64,000 nt of DNA from Candidatus Latescibacterota bacterium (GTDB lineage Bacteria; Latescibacterota; UBA2968; GCA-2709665), in the NCBI GenBank assembly GCA_965116875.1, contig OZ220733.1, positions 1,408,001 through 1,472,000 of the forward strand. The letters run 5' to 3'. Under the pieces are notes generated by a model. The model was not told where the DNA came from and did no database searches. It saw nothing but the letters and a program-made list of their open reading frames with translations. Both the position numbers and the translations under genes were made by a program. Below, one piece after another: positions 8,744-17,965 of this stretch. The first letter of the stretch is position 1; the number at the start of each line of letters is the position of its first letter.

Positions 8744-9721
8744 ATGAAAGCACCCTGGATTACCTATCGGCCGGAACTCAAGGTACTGGACTGTACGATT
8801 CGAGACGGCGGATTGATGAACGACCACCAGTTTCCCAATGATTTCGTAAAGGCGGTCTATGAGACCTGCGTCGACGCGGGCGTCGACTATATGGAAATCG
8901 GATACCGGAACTCCAAGGAGATGTTTCCGAAAAAACAATTCGGAGCCTTCCGGCACAGCGACGAAGAAGATATCCGCAGGATCACGGGGGACCACGACTC
9001 TGAAGCAACCGGCCTGAAGCTCGCCATCATGGCCGATGCAGGCAAGAGCGACTGGGCGGAAGATATCCTGCCGGCCAGCGAAAGCGTGGTCAGCATGGTT
9101 CGGGTGGCCTGCTACGTCGAGCAGATTCCCGAGACAGTTGAAATGCTCTGCGACGCCCACGAGAAGGGATATGAAACCAGTTGCAACATCATGGCCATAT
9201 CGACCGTGCAGGAAGTCGAGATCGATCAGGCGCTGGAGGTCCTCGTACAGACGCCTGTCGGAACGATCTGCGTTGTAGACAGCTTCGGCGCATTGTACCG
9301 CGAGCAGGTGGATATGCTCATCCGGAAGTATATGGATGCCGTGGAAGGAACGGGAAAGGAAGTGGGCATTCACGCGCACAACAACCAGCAGCTGGCATTC
9401 GCCAATACCATCGAAGCGCTTATTCTGGGCGCCAACCGCGTTGATGCCACGGTGGACGGACTTGGCCGCGGCGCAGGGAATTGCCCGCTTGAACTGCTGC
9501 TCGGTTTCCTGCGCAATCCGAAATTCAGGATTCGACCCGTCTACAAGCTGCTGGAAGACCATTTTGTCGGATTGCGCGAGCAATTGACGTGGGGACCCCT
9601 TGTACCGTACAACATCACAGGGCAGCACAACCAGCATCCCCGTTCGGCGATGGCGCTTCTGGACGGGGACGACCGCGACTGCTATCTGGCGTTCTACGAT
9701 CAGGTGATGAGGGACATCTAG
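8744..9721 (+). CDS. DRE-TIM metallolyase, HMGL-like / 4-hydroxy-2-oxovalerate-aldolase-like (catalytic domain only)
   Basis: [30 protein letters not shown] motifs; RBS AGGAGAGG. Confidence 0.85.
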   Translation: MKAPWITYRPELKVLDCTIRDGGLMNDHQFPNDFVKAVYETCVDAGVDYMEIGYRNSKEMFPKKQFGAFRHSDEEDIRRITGDHDSEATGLKLAIMADAGKSDWAEDILPASESVVSMVRVACYVEQIPETVEMLCDAHEKGYETSCNIMAISTVQEVEIDQALEVLVQTPVGTICVVDSFGALYREQVDMLIRKYMDAVEGTGKEVGIHAHNNQQLAFANTIEALILGANRVDATVDGLGRGAGNCPLELLLGFLRNPKFRIRPVYKLLEDHFVGLREQLTWGPLVPYNITGQHNQHPRSAMALLDGDDRDCYLAFYDQVMRDI

Positions 9722-10926
9722 TGCTCAACAGAGACGAAGCCGCACGGACCTGGCCGGACGCCGGTGGGCACTTCGGACCCTACGGCGGGCGCTATGTGCC
9801 GGAAACGTTGATGCCGTTGCTCGAGGACCTGGAGGCCGCCTACCGCGATGCGAGGGACCGTCCGGATTTTCGCGAGGAACTGGACCGGTATCTCAGGGAA
9901 TTTATCGGAAGGCCCACGCCACTCTATTTCGCGCAGCGACTTTCCGAAGAACTGGGCGGGGCCAGGATCTATCTGAAACGGGAGGACCTCGCCCACACCG
10001 GCGCGCACAAGATCAACAACACGATGGGGCAGATTCTGCTTGCCAGACGCATGGGCAAAACACGGATCATTGCCGAAACGGGCGCCGGGCAGCACGGCGT
10101 AGCGACCGCAACCGTAGCTGCGATGTTCGGACTGAAGTGCGAGATTTACATGGGCACCGAGGACATGGACCGGCAGGCGTTGAACGTGTTCCGGATGCAA
10201 CTCCTGGGAGCAAAAGTAACCGGCGTGGATTCGGGAAGCAGGACGCTCAAGGATGCGATCAACGAAGCAATCCGGGACTGGGTGACGAATGTGGACGATA
10301 CGTTCTATATTTTCGGATCCGTCCTGGGACCACACCCGTATCCAATGATCGTACGGGATTTTCAACGGGTGATCGGGGTGGAGACGCGCGCGCAGATCCT
10401 GTGCGCCGAAGGCCGGTTGCCGGACTGTCTGATTGCATGCGTCGGCGGCGGCAGCAATTCAATGGGTCTGTTTCACGCGTTTCTGGACGATACGGACGTG
10501 CGTATGATCGGCGTCGAAGCAGGAGGCCATGGCATTGACTCGGGTGACCACGCCGCCCGGTTTCAGGGAGGAGATCTGGGCGTACTGCACGGTGCCAGGA
10601 TATACCTCCTGCAGGACGAGGACGGGCAGATCGCACTGACCCATTCGGTATCGGCAGGCCTGGACTATTCCGGCGTGGGACCCGAGCACTGTCTCCTGCG
10701 GGATGAGGGTCGGATCGAGTATGCGTATGCAACCGACGACGAAGCCCTGAAGGGGTTCCAGCAGTTGAGTCGCACGGAGGGGATCATTCCCGCGCTGGAA
10801 AGCGCGCACGCGATCGCGCACGTGTCGAAGGCGGCGCCCGGAATGGAAAAGGACGCCGTAATCGTGGCGAATCTTTCCGGCCGCGGCGACAAAGACGTAC
10901 AGCAGGCGGCGAAGCACCTGGAGTAG
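9721..10926 (+). CDS. trpB: Tryptophan synthase beta chain
   Basis: [43 protein letters not shown]; GTG 9721 overlaps the upstream TAG. Confidence 0.97.
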   Translation: MLNRDEAARTWPDAGGHFGPYGGRYVPETLMPLLEDLEAAYRDARDRPDFREELDRYLREFIGRPTPLYFAQRLSEELGGARIYLKREDLAHTGAHKINNTMGQILLARRMGKTRIIAETGAGQHGVATATVAAMFGLKCEIYMGTEDMDRQALNVFRMQLLGAKVTGVDSGSRTLKDAINEAIRDWVTNVDDTFYIFGSVLGPHPYPMIVRDFQRVIGVETRAQILCAEGRLPDCLIACVGGGSNSMGLFHAFLDDTDVRMIGVEAGGHGIDSGDHAARFQGGDLGVLHGARIYLLQDEDGQIALTHSVSAGLDYSGVGPEHCLLRDEGRIEYAYATDDEALKGFQQLSRTEGIIPALESAHAIAHVSKAAPGMEKDAVIVANLSGRGDKDVQQAAKHLE

Positions 10927-10948
10927 TGCGTAGCACGGAGTTGCCCTG

Positions 10949-11761
10949 ATGACAAGGATCGGGAGACGGTTCGAAGCGTTGAAGAAAGCGGGAAAGACCG
11001 GATTTGTCGCCTATATTACGGTGGGAGACCCGGATATGGCTACCACCCGGAAACTCGTACCGGAGCTGGAACGGCGCGGGGTGGACATACTCGAGCTGGG
11101 CGTGCCGTTCTCCGATCCGCTGGCTGACGGTCCGGAAATCCAGGCGGCCTCGCAGCGGGCACTGAAGCATCGGGTTTCAATCGGCGACGTATTGGATCTG
11201 GTGGCGGACCTGCGGCTGGAGTCCGAGATACCCATTGTCCTGTTTACCTATTTCAATCCGATGCACCGCTACGGTCTTGAACGGCTCGTCTCCAGAGCGG
11301 CCGAAGCGGGGGTGGACGGCATTCTGGCGCTGGATCTTCCACCGGAAGAGGCGGGAGAGTACAAGGCTCTGATGGAAAAGCGGGGACTGGATACGATCTT
11401 TCTGATCGCGCCCACCAGCCGCGAGGACCGCATTCGACGGATTGCGTCTCACACCAGCGGATTTGTGTATTACGTGTCGCGCACGGGCGTAACCGGGGAG
11501 CGGGACAGTCTGGAGGAGACGCTTGGCGACCGGGTGACGGCAATCCGTCGGCATACCTCGCAACCGGTAGCTGTCGGATTCGGGATTTCGACACCCGAAC
11601 AGTCTGGGGAAGTTGCAGGTTATGCGGATGCCGTCGTCGTCGGCAGCGCCATCGTTCGGCGAATTGCGCAACGGCAGACCGACCCGGACCTCGTTTCGCA
11701 CATCGGGGAATTCGTCGAAGAACTGGTGCAACCGCTGAAGGGAGCATCCGATGGATCTTGA
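10949..11761 (+). CDS. trpA: Tryptophan synthase alpha chain
   Basis: LELGVPFSDPLADGP, SRTGVTG, VGFGIS, VVGSAIV. Confidence 0.97.
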   Translation: MTRIGRRFEALKKAGKTGFVAYITVGDPDMATTRKLVPELERRGVDILELGVPFSDPLADGPEIQAASQRALKHRVSIGDVLDLVADLRLESEIPIVLFTYFNPMHRYGLERLVSRAAEAGVDGILALDLPPEEAGEYKALMEKRGLDTIFLIAPTSREDRIRRIASHTSGFVYYVSRTGVTGERDSLEETLGDRVTAIRRHTSQPVAVGFGISTPEQSGEVAGYADAVVVGSAIVRRIAQRQTDPDLVSHIGEFVEELVQPLKGASDGS

Positions 11762-12014
11762 AGACTGGCGTAAGGAAATCGACGTGCTGGACGCAAAGCT
11801 GCTGAAGCTGCTGAATCGAAGGGCCGAATGCGCCATTGAAATCGGCAGGATCAAACGGACAATCGAACAACCGATCTACGTGCCGGAACGGGAGATTTCG
11901 ATCCTGAAACGATTGCTCGAACAGAATAAAGGGCCCATGGACGACGAGGCGGTGCGACGGATCTTTCGGCAGATCATCGACGAGTCCAGGAGGCAGGAGC
12001 AGGATGAACGGTAA
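11751..12014 (+). CDS. Stand-alone AroQ-class chorismate mutase
   Basis: LEDWRKEIDVLD...LLNRR...IGRIK...YVPERE...ESRRQ pattern. Confidence 0.9.
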   Translation: MDLEDWRKEIDVLDAKLLKLLNRRAECAIEIGRIKRTIEQPIYVPEREISILKRLLEQNKGPMDDEAVRRIFRQIIDESRRQEQDER

Positions 12015-12123
12015 ACCGGAGGCGCGAAACACCTCTAGCAGTCCGTCTTGAGACATTACGCGAAAACGGCCTGGCAATTCACCAGGGATTGAAGGTCGCT
12101 ATCTGCCACGGAGTCGAAACCAC

Positions 12124-13152
12124 ATGGCGTTCACGAAACACATGAAGACACCCACGCCTGAAGCTGTGCTGGAGAAGGTGTCGCTGCCGACAGGACTGAA
12201 GAAGATAAAGGAGGAACGCGACACCGAGATCAGGGAAATATTCGAGCGCGTGAGCGATAAATTCCTGCTGGTAATCGGCCCCTGCTCAGCGCACAATGAA
12301 GACGCCGTTTGTGAATACGTCTCCAGGTTGGCGAAGCTGCAGGAGGCCGTCCGGGAACGGCTGGTTCTGGTTCCCCGCATCTATACCAACAAACCGCGAA
12401 CGACCGGCGAGGGGTACAAAGGCATGGGACATCAGCCGGACCCGCGGAAGGCGCCGGATATGGCCGAAGGGATCTACGCGGTGCGTCAGATGCACATCCG
12501 CGCAGTCCGGGAGTCCCACCTGACAGCGGCCGACGAAATGCTGTATCCGGGCAATCTCCCTTATGTCGAAGACCTGCTGAGCTATATAGCCGTGGGCGCG
12601 CGATCCGTGGAAAACCAGCAGCACCGTTTGACCTGCAGCGGCGTTGACGTCCCGGTTGGCATGAAGAACCCGACGGGCGGAGATCTTTCGGTAATGCTGA
12701 ACGCGATTCACGCCTCGCAGATCCCGCACGTCTTCATCTATAACGGTTGGGAGGTCGGCACCGGCGGCAATCCCCTTGCGCACGCCGTGCTCAGGGGCGC
12801 GGTGGACCTGACCGGACGAAGTAATCCGAACTATCACTACGAAGACTTGATGTACGCGGCGGAACTGTATCGACAGCGGTCGCTTGCCAATCCAACAATC
12901 GTCGTGGATACGAATCACAACAACTCCGGCAAGCAGTTCAGCGAACAGCCGCGGATCGGGTTGGAAGTGATACGCAGCCGGCAGAGTTCGGCGTTTTTGA
13001 ACGATATGATCCGCGGGTTGATGGTGGAGAGTTATCTGGTTGAGGGGGCACAAGACGTTAATAACGGCGTGTACGGCAAATCCATTACCGATCCGTGCCT
13101 GGGGTGGAAAGATACCGAGGCGTTCGTAAGGGAACTGGCGGAGGGGATATGA
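12124..13152 (+). CDS. 3-deoxy-7-phosphoheptulonate (DAHP) synthase, class I-alpha (AroF/G/H type)
   Basis: IGPCS, KPRTTGEGYKG, VGARS, GMKN, SITDPCLGW. Confidence 0.93.
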   Translation: MAFTKHMKTPTPEAVLEKVSLPTGLKKIKEERDTEIREIFERVSDKFLLVIGPCSAHNEDAVCEYVSRLAKLQEAVRERLVLVPRIYTNKPRTTGEGYKGMGHQPDPRKAPDMAEGIYAVRQMHIRAVRESHLTAADEMLYPGNLPYVEDLLSYIAVGARSVENQQHRLTCSGVDVPVGMKNPTGGDLSVMLNAIHASQIPHVFIYNGWEVGTGGNPLAHAVLRGAVDLTGRSNPNYHYEDLMYAAELYRQRSLANPTIVVDTNHNNSGKQFSEQPRIGLEVIRSRQSSAFLNDMIRGLMVESYLVEGAQDVNNGVYGKSITDPCLGWKDTEAFVRELAEGI

Positions 13153-13230
13153 TCGCGAACGGGATCGGAACCGGGAAGCCGATGGCAACCTGCTGCCGGC
13201 GCTTTTGCCTGTTCTTCCGAGGATGACGGC

Positions 13231-14343
13231 ATGGCCAACGATCCTCCTTTTGCGCGCGATACGATTGCCGTTGTCGGGGTGGGGCTGATCGGCGGCTCGC
13301 TTGGTCTGGCGCTCAAGGGTCTGGGCATCGGTCGACGCGTCGTCGGCGTGAGCAGGCAGGAGACCCTGGATGCCGCCATCGGGCTGGAGGTGATCGACGC
13401 GGGTTATCGCTATGAAGACCTCGAAACCGGGATTCGCGATGCAGCGCTGGTTTTCCTGTGTACGCCCATCGTCCGTATTCTGGACATGCTTCCCGCGGTG
13501 CTGGGAGCGGCGCGGCAGGATGCGCTCGTGACCGACGTGGGCAGCACCAAGCACGCGATTGTCTCCACGGCGGCGGCCCATGCACGGGATGACGTGCATT
13601 TTGTCGGTGGGCACCCGATGGCCGGTTCGGAGCATCGGGGGGTGCGCGCGGCGGATCCGTTTCTTTTTCAGAATGCGATTTACGTGTTGACGCCGTCGCC
13701 GGACACGCCCGATTTCGTGGTCGAAACGCTCGCTCGTCTCGTAAAGGCGTTCGGGGCCAGGCCGATGAGGATGACGCCCCGTGAACACGACCGGGCCGCG
13801 GCAGCGGTGAGCCACCTGCCGCAGATGATGGCCACCAGCCTGGTTTCCATGATCGGAAGGATGACGGAAGACGACGGGTTGCCCATACGAATGGCGGCGG
13901 GGGGGTTTCGGGACCTGACTCGCATTGCTTCCAGTCCGTATGAGATGTGGCGGGACATCTGCCACACGAACGCGACCCCGATCCGCGAGATGATCGATCT
14001 TTATATAGAGTCGCTTTCGGCGATTCGCTCGGCCGTGGACCGCGACGGTCTGGAACAGGCATTTGCCTATGCGAATCGAATACGCGGACAGATCCCGAAG
14101 GACTCCAAGGGATTCCTGCATCCATTGCACGAGATCCTTCTCCTGGCGGAAGACAGCCCGGGTGTGATTGCGCACGTCGCCCGGACACTGGCCGGAGAGA
14201 ATATCAACATCAACGACATCGAGGTGATGAATGTGCGCGAGGGGGAAGGGGGCACAATTCGAATGGGGTTCGATTCGCGTCCCTGCGCGGAACTGGCTGT
14301 AGAAGTGCTGGGAAGGGCGGGGTACAGCGTCAGAATGAGGTAG
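13231..14343 (+). CDS. tyrA: Prephenate/arogenate dehydrogenase with C-terminal ACT domain
   Basis: GVGLIGGS, DVGSTK, GGHPMAGSE, SHLPQ, GGFRDLTRIA; ACT-like DSPGVIAHV...ININDIE. Confidence 0.93.
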   Translation: MANDPPFARDTIAVVGVGLIGGSLGLALKGLGIGRRVVGVSRQETLDAAIGLEVIDAGYRYEDLETGIRDAALVFLCTPIVRILDMLPAVLGAARQDALVTDVGSTKHAIVSTAAAHARDDVHFVGGHPMAGSEHRGVRAADPFLFQNAIYVLTPSPDTPDFVVETLARLVKAFGARPMRMTPREHDRAAAAVSHLPQMMATSLVSMIGRMTEDDGLPIRMAAGGFRDLTRIASSPYEMWRDICHTNATPIREMIDLYIESLSAIRSAVDRDGLEQAFAYANRIRGQIPKDSKGFLHPLHEILLLAEDSPGVIAHVARTLAGENININDIEVMNVREGEGGTIRMGFDSRPCAELAVEVLGRAGYSVRMR

Positions 14344-14347
14344 GAAG

Positions 14348-15688
14348 TTGTCCGTGCATCGGGGACTCCATTTTGAAGAAGGCGTGGATTTGGAACTCGC
14401 GGGTCCGATCATTTCCGAAGACACCATCAAGCCGTCGCCGGGGCTTGCCGGAGTCTGCGACCTCCCCGGCGATGCTCAAATCTCGATAATTGCCCTCGCC
14501 CTCGCGTCCACTGCCGACGGAGTTTCCAAAATTCGCAGGTGTTCGCGAAGCCGCGACGTTAGGCGCGCCGGTGAATTGCTGTCGAAAATCGGGATTGGGG
14601 TCGCGTGGGACGGTGAGACCGCAACGGTAACCGGCGGCCCGTTCCGGGAAACGTGCGACGTGCTCGACGTGGACGGTTCCCTTATTCTGTTTTCCTGTCT
14701 GACCGGATTGTTGTCGAGCGCCTCCTACGTAACGAGACTCTCCGGAGTTCACACCAACACCGGCGTCGACCGGGTGTCCGAGGCGCTTCGATCGCTGGGC
14801 GCCCACGTGAAACTTTCGGTCGGAGACGGGATATCGGCCTGTGTTGGAAGGTCAAGGTTGACGTCCGGTACCTTCCATGCGGGACGTCCCGACCCGGCGG
14901 TGAAATGCGGCGTCCTGTTGGCCGGGCTGGGTGTGGACGGGCCGGTCGAACTCCTGCAGGACGCCGTCGGGGATGACGACCTGGAAGTGTTGCTTCGGGC
15001 CGCGGGATGCGAACTGAAGAAGAGGCGGATCACGGGCGCCGGAGGTTGTCAGCTGTTGCTGGACGGACCCGTTCGGCCCCGCGCCGTTACCCATGAACTG
15101 CCGGGCAGTTCCGACGCCGGGCTGTTTCTTGCCCTGGCTGCGGCGATGCGGAAACAGTCCGATCTGACGCTGAGCCATTTCGGAATGGACTTGAAAAGCC
15201 GCCGGATCGTGGACATACTGCGCAGGATGAACGTGGCCATGGACGTGGAGCACACCCGGACGGATTCCGGTTTCCCTGCCCGGAACGTCCGGATCAGGGG
15301 GTCCGACCTGCGCGGAATAAGGATTGCAGGCGCGAACGCGCGGCTTTTGGGGGACCTGCTCCCGCTCATGGCGGTCGCGGGCGCCGTTTCCCGGGGCGAG
15401 ACCATAATACGGGATGCCGAGGCATTGAGGAAGGGTCCGGTTGACTGTATTTCGGTCCTGGTGGAAAACCTGAGGAAGATGCACATTCAGATGGGAGAGA
15501 TGCCGGACGGGCTGATTGTGAAGGGGGGAAGACCTCAAGGCGCCGAACTGGATGCCGCCGGCGACGCCCGCGTGTCCATGGCGCTCCGGCTTGCAGCGCT
15601 TGCCGGCGAGGGGGACACAGTCGTCAGGAACCCGGGGCCCGCGGATCAGGGGTTGATGGACCGGCTGGCGTCGGTACAAAAAGCTTAG
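14348..15688 (+). CDS. EPSP synthase (AroA)-like protein with degenerate active-site motifs
   Basis: Full-length class II AroA layout, but PGDKSISHR is PGDAQISII, SAQVKS is DPAVKC, LRVKESDR is LRKGPVDC, DHR is DAR. Start uncertain (14348-14390). Confidence 0.8.
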   Translation: MSVHRGLHFEEGVDLELAGPIISEDTIKPSPGLAGVCDLPGDAQISIIALALASTADGVSKIRRCSRSRDVRRAGELLSKIGIGVAWDGETATVTGGPFRETCDVLDVDGSLILFSCLTGLLSSASYVTRLSGVHTNTGVDRVSEALRSLGAHVKLSVGDGISACVGRSRLTSGTFHAGRPDPAVKCGVLLAGLGVDGPVELLQDAVGDDDLEVLLRAAGCELKKRRITGAGGCQLLLDGPVRPRAVTHELPGSSDAGLFLALAAAMRKQSDLTLSHFGMDLKSRRIVDILRRMNVAMDVEHTRTDSGFPARNVRIRGSDLRGIRIAGANARLLGDLLPLMAVAGAVSRGETIIRDAEALRKGPVDCISVLVENLRKMHIQMGEMPDGLIVKGGRPQGAELDAAGDARVSMALRLAALAGEGDTVVRNPGPADQGLMDRLASVQKA

Positions 15689-15792
15689 AATCTGTCTTGG
15701 AACGTGGGTATCATTCGGGTGCCCGCCATGTGCTGCGGCGGCAGCGGTCGCTGCAGGCAGCGTGGGTCAATCTTCGGTACGAGGAGAGCCTT

Positions 15793-15933
15793 ATGAGACT
15801 GGTTGTCAGGTTATTCCTTCTGGCGTTGCTGGTGTTCCTGGGAGGCGTGGTCTTCATTCGGTACACCTACAACTGTTCCTGGAAAGAGAGTTTCGCCATT
15901 GCCGACCAGTTTGTGTCGGACCTGACCCGTTAA
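15793..15933 (+). CDS. Small single-pass membrane protein (46 aa), unknown function
   Basis: RBS GAGGAG before ATG 15793; MRLVVRLFLLALLVFLGGVVFIRY hydrophobic segment. Confidence 0.65.
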   Translation: MRLVVRLFLLALLVFLGGVVFIRYTYNCSWKESFAIADQFVSDLTR

Positions 15934-15980
15934 CAGTCCGTTCATAAACGCGAGGCAGGACGGACTTTTCCAACGGGCTG
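15934..15980. mobile_element. MITE family B, minimal copy in inverted orientation
   Basis: CAGTCCGTTCATAAA...GGACTTTTCCAACGGGCTG; essentially only the two TIRs; begins right after a TAA stop. Confidence 0.65.
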
Positions 15981-16071
15981 TCAGGCAACGCGATGCCGGC
16001 TGCGGTTTGGTGGAACTCCAGCTGGAGGGACGCGATCGGCGGATCAGAACACATGGCCGGGAGAGTCTGTT

Positions 16072-16938
16072 TTGGGAATTGTCTCGACCACGCGATTGCT
16101 GGGGGTGATCGGCGATCCCATCGCCCACTCGTTATCGCCGGACATGCACAACGCGGCCATAGGCGCGCTTGAAGTCAATTACTGTTACGTCGCCTTTCAC
16201 GTATTGCCGGACGGGATTGAATCGGCGCTTGACGGTATGCGCGCATTGCAGATCACGGGATTGAACGTTACCCTTCCCCACAAATCCGCGGTGATGCCGC
16301 ACCTGGACCGGATTTCGGAAGAAGCAATGGCCGTGGGCGCGGCGAACACGATTTCTCTCAGGGACGGCGAACTGGTCGGTGAGAATACCGACGTGTACGG
16401 ATTGGTCACGGCCCTGGAGCGCACCGCGGGTCTCGCCGTGCTGCCAGAGCATTGCGTGATCCTCGGAGCGGGCGGCGTTGCGCGGGCGGCGGTTTACGCG
16501 CTGGCGTCGCGAAAAGAGGTGAGGCGGGTGAGCATTCTCAACCGAACCGTCGCCCGGGCTGAGGCTCTCGCGCGCGATATGCAACGCATAACGGGTAAGG
16601 CGATCGACGCGGGTGATCTGACGAAGGACACGCAAATGAGGCGGTTCGCGGACGCGGGCCTCGTTGTGAACGGAACGTCGCTGGGGATGGTTCCTGAAGT
16701 GGACCGGACGCCCCTGGCGGATGGGGACGCGGTACACCCGCAGCTGGTACTCTACGATACGGTTTTCAATCCGCTGGATACGCTCCTGATGCGTCAGTTC
16801 CGATCCGCCGGAGCGCGGGCGTTCGGCGGGCTGGATATGCTTGTGCACCAGGGTGCGCGATCGTTTGCCATCTGGACCGGCATCGAGCCGCCCGTCGACG
16901 TAATGAAGAGGGCGATTATCGGCCGGTTTCGGACGTAA
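16072..16938 (+). CDS. aroE: Shikimate dehydrogenase
   Basis: GDPIAHSLSP, NVTLPHK, GAANT, NTDVYG, GAGG, GLDMLVHQG. Confidence 0.95.
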   Translation: MGIVSTTRLLGVIGDPIAHSLSPDMHNAAIGALEVNYCYVAFHVLPDGIESALDGMRALQITGLNVTLPHKSAVMPHLDRISEEAMAVGAANTISLRDGELVGENTDVYGLVTALERTAGLAVLPEHCVILGAGGVARAAVYALASRKEVRRVSILNRTVARAEALARDMQRITGKAIDAGDLTKDTQMRRFADAGLVVNGTSLGMVPEVDRTPLADGDAVHPQLVLYDTVFNPLDTLLMRQFRSAGARAFGGLDMLVHQGARSFAIWTGIEPPVDVMKRAIIGRFRT

Positions 16939-16940
16939 CC

Positions 16941-17660
16941 GTGGCGACTTCCAACCATCAGGAACGCAATGGCCGGCGGACCTTCGTGCGTCAGATGTTC
17001 GACGGTATTGCCGGCACGTACGATCTGCTGAACCACCTGTTGAGCGCCGGCGTGGATATTCTCTGGCGGCGCTGGACAGTCGACGCGCTGGATCTGAAAG
17101 CGGGCTGGTGGGTCCTGGATCTGGCAACCGGAACGGCCGATCTGGGTCTCGAGGCGGCTGCGCGCGACCCGGGGGTCCGGGTTGTGGGCGCCGATCTTTC
17201 CCTGCCTATGCTTCGGATCGGGAACAGAAAGCGAAAGAAAAAACCCGGCCGGCTGTACCTGCTTCGGGGAGACGCACAACGGCTGCCGTTTCCGGATGCA
17301 CGGTTTCACGCGGTAACGATTGGCTTCGGAGTCCGGAACTTTTCGGACCTGAACGCCGGCCTTCTCGAGATACTCCGTGTCCTGCGCCCGGGGGGCCGGC
17401 TGGCGATTCTGGAGTTTTCCCGCCCCAGGGCGTTTCTGTTGAGCAGGGTGTATCTCTTCTATTTCAGATTCATCCTTCCCGGAATCGGTCGCCTTGTTTC
17501 CCGGAATCCTCTGGCGTATCGGTATCTCTATGAGTCCGTAATGCGGTTTCCGGAGGGTGAGGCGTTTCGAATGCGTCTGGCAGATTCGGGATTTCTGGAG
17601 CCGGTGGAACGCAGGCTGACCCTGGGTATCGCCACGCTCTACCTGGCGTCAAAACCGTAG
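16941..17660 (+). CDS. ubiE: Menaquinone/ubiquinone biosynthesis C-methyltransferase (MenG/UbiE)
   Basis: MFDGIAGTYDLLNHLLSAG, LDLATGTAD, FGVRN, LEFSRP, AYRYL. Confidence 0.92.
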   Translation: MATSNHQERNGRRTFVRQMFDGIAGTYDLLNHLLSAGVDILWRRWTVDALDLKAGWWVLDLATGTADLGLEAAARDPGVRVVGADLSLPMLRIGNRKRKKKPGRLYLLRGDAQRLPFPDARFHAVTIGFGVRNFSDLNAGLLEILRVLRPGGRLAILEFSRPRAFLLSRVYLFYFRFILPGIGRLVSRNPLAYRYLYESVMRFPEGEAFRMRLADSGFLEPVERRLTLGIATLYLASKP

Positions 17661-17671
17661 AAGCGGGGAGA

Positions 17672-17928
17672 CGGACCTACCCCCTTACCCCCTTCCTGAA
17701 GGAAGGGGGAACGGTGACCGGTGGATGAACCGGGTTTGTGACGTGCCGGGATGGCGTTTTCCTTTCCATCAGAGTGTCTATCAAAGACCGGCACGCGACG
17801 TGTGCCTTTCCTCCCTCTCTCCCGGTGGGAGAGAGGGCCGGGGAGAGAGGTCTGCGGGGTGGTGAGGGGTTGCTTTTGCCTTTCGCCTTTGGCTGACGGC
17901 TGATCGCTGAGAGCTGAAAACTGAAAGC
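17672..17928. repeat. Composite REP-like palindrome plus 7-mer tandem element, family C, copy 1
   Basis: Palindromes CCCCCTTCCTGAAGGAAGGGGG and CCCTCTCTCCCGGTGGGAGAGAGGG, plus GCTGACG/GCTGATC/GCTGAGA/GCTGAAA heptamers; inverted homologue at 39472-39708. Confidence 0.75.
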
Positions 17929-17965
17929 CTTTTTGAGGGGCTCTGGGGTGGAGAGGTCCTGCCAT

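Noticed and set aside
12039-12073. Possible minimal MITE family B relic after CTAG
   Set aside because: Only ~8-bp end matches; too weak to list as a feature.
12286-14430. 714-aa - strand ORF and other long antisense ORFs (for example 57994-59673, 25379-26650, 4838-5896)
   Set aside because: Shadow frames opposite well-supported genes in GC-rich DNA; no recognisable motifs.
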